Shown piece after piece: positions 31,904 through 32,000 of a stretch of 32,000 bases of DNA. The stretch comes from Alphaproteobacteria bacterium. Its GTDB lineage: Bacteria > Pseudomonadota > Alphaproteobacteria > Rs-D84. Made by a program: the position numbers and the translations under genes. Numbering within the stretch: position 1 is the first letter of the stretch; each line of letters opens with the position of its first letter. Location: positions 38,817 through 70,816 of the forward strand of contig WRCA01000003.1 in NCBI GenBank assembly GCA_009784275.1, written 5' to 3'. The notes under the pieces are model-generated. The model worked only from the letters and a program-made list of their open reading frames with translations. It ran no database searches and was not told where the DNA came from.

Positions 31904-32000
31904 ATGCTGGATATAAAATTCATTCGCGAAAATCCTGACGCGGTGCGAAATGCTTGTACCGTAAAAGGCTTTGCAGATTACACGGATGCAATCTTGGAAT
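31904..32000 (+). CDS. serS: seryl-tRNA synthetase (first 32 codons; runs off right edge)
   Basis: ATG 31904 is preceded by an [41 protein letters not shown] matches the canonical SerS N-terminus (MLD.K.IR.NP..V). Confidence 0.85.
   Translation, partial: MLDIKFIRENPDAVRNACTVKGFADYTDAILE

Noticed and set aside
1-32000. CRISPR arrays, rRNA/tRNA genes, transposases, phage or toxin-antitoxin modules
   Set aside because: I saw no regularly spaced repeats, no conserved RNA gene sequences in the few intergenic gaps, and no ORFs with transposase, integrase or phage hallmarks. The only repeats noticed are the short tandem ones reported above.

Overview
The window is a compact, moderately AT-rich chromosomal segment. 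By gene content it looks alphaproteobacterial, which is an inference from AddB-type repair, an LpoA-like/rsmI divergent pair, a DUF4167-like protein, the conserved small J-domain protein and Lpt/Lol envelope machinery. Coding density is very high, with many 4-8 nt start/stop overlaps. Most of it is housekeeping: S41 peptidase homologue, secF, secD, yajC, mutL, greA, an LptF/G permease, xerD, ftsQ, ftsA, lolC/E, lolD, addB, engB, rsmI, an lpoA-like gene, rluD and serS. Several lineage-specific envelope or secreted genes are wedged into this backbone, and these are the interesting part. (1) A tightly coupled minus-strand operon (26494-31485) encodes three paralogous 415-490 aa proteins with type IV prepilin-like N-termini. 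They are followed by a zinc-ribbon/DUF3426-like membrane protein and a small Cys-containing secreted protein, and no pilus assembly genes lie nearby. (2) A roughly 930 aa secreted protein with about 38 cysteines in a repeated 4-Cys module sits where ftsZ normally follows ftsA. (3) ftsA is fused in frame to a divergent ribulose-phosphate 3-epimerase-like domain. (4) A 437 aa lipoprotein heading the lol operon has an STN/N0-like region and a secretin-like C-terminus. (5) A low-GC NUDIX gene splits lolC/E from lolD. (6) The S41 peptidase homologue appears to lack its Ser/Lys catalytic dyad. I saw no rRNA, tRNA, CRISPR array, transposase or phage genes. All functional calls come from reading the supplied translations and my own reverse-strand translations; no database search was run.
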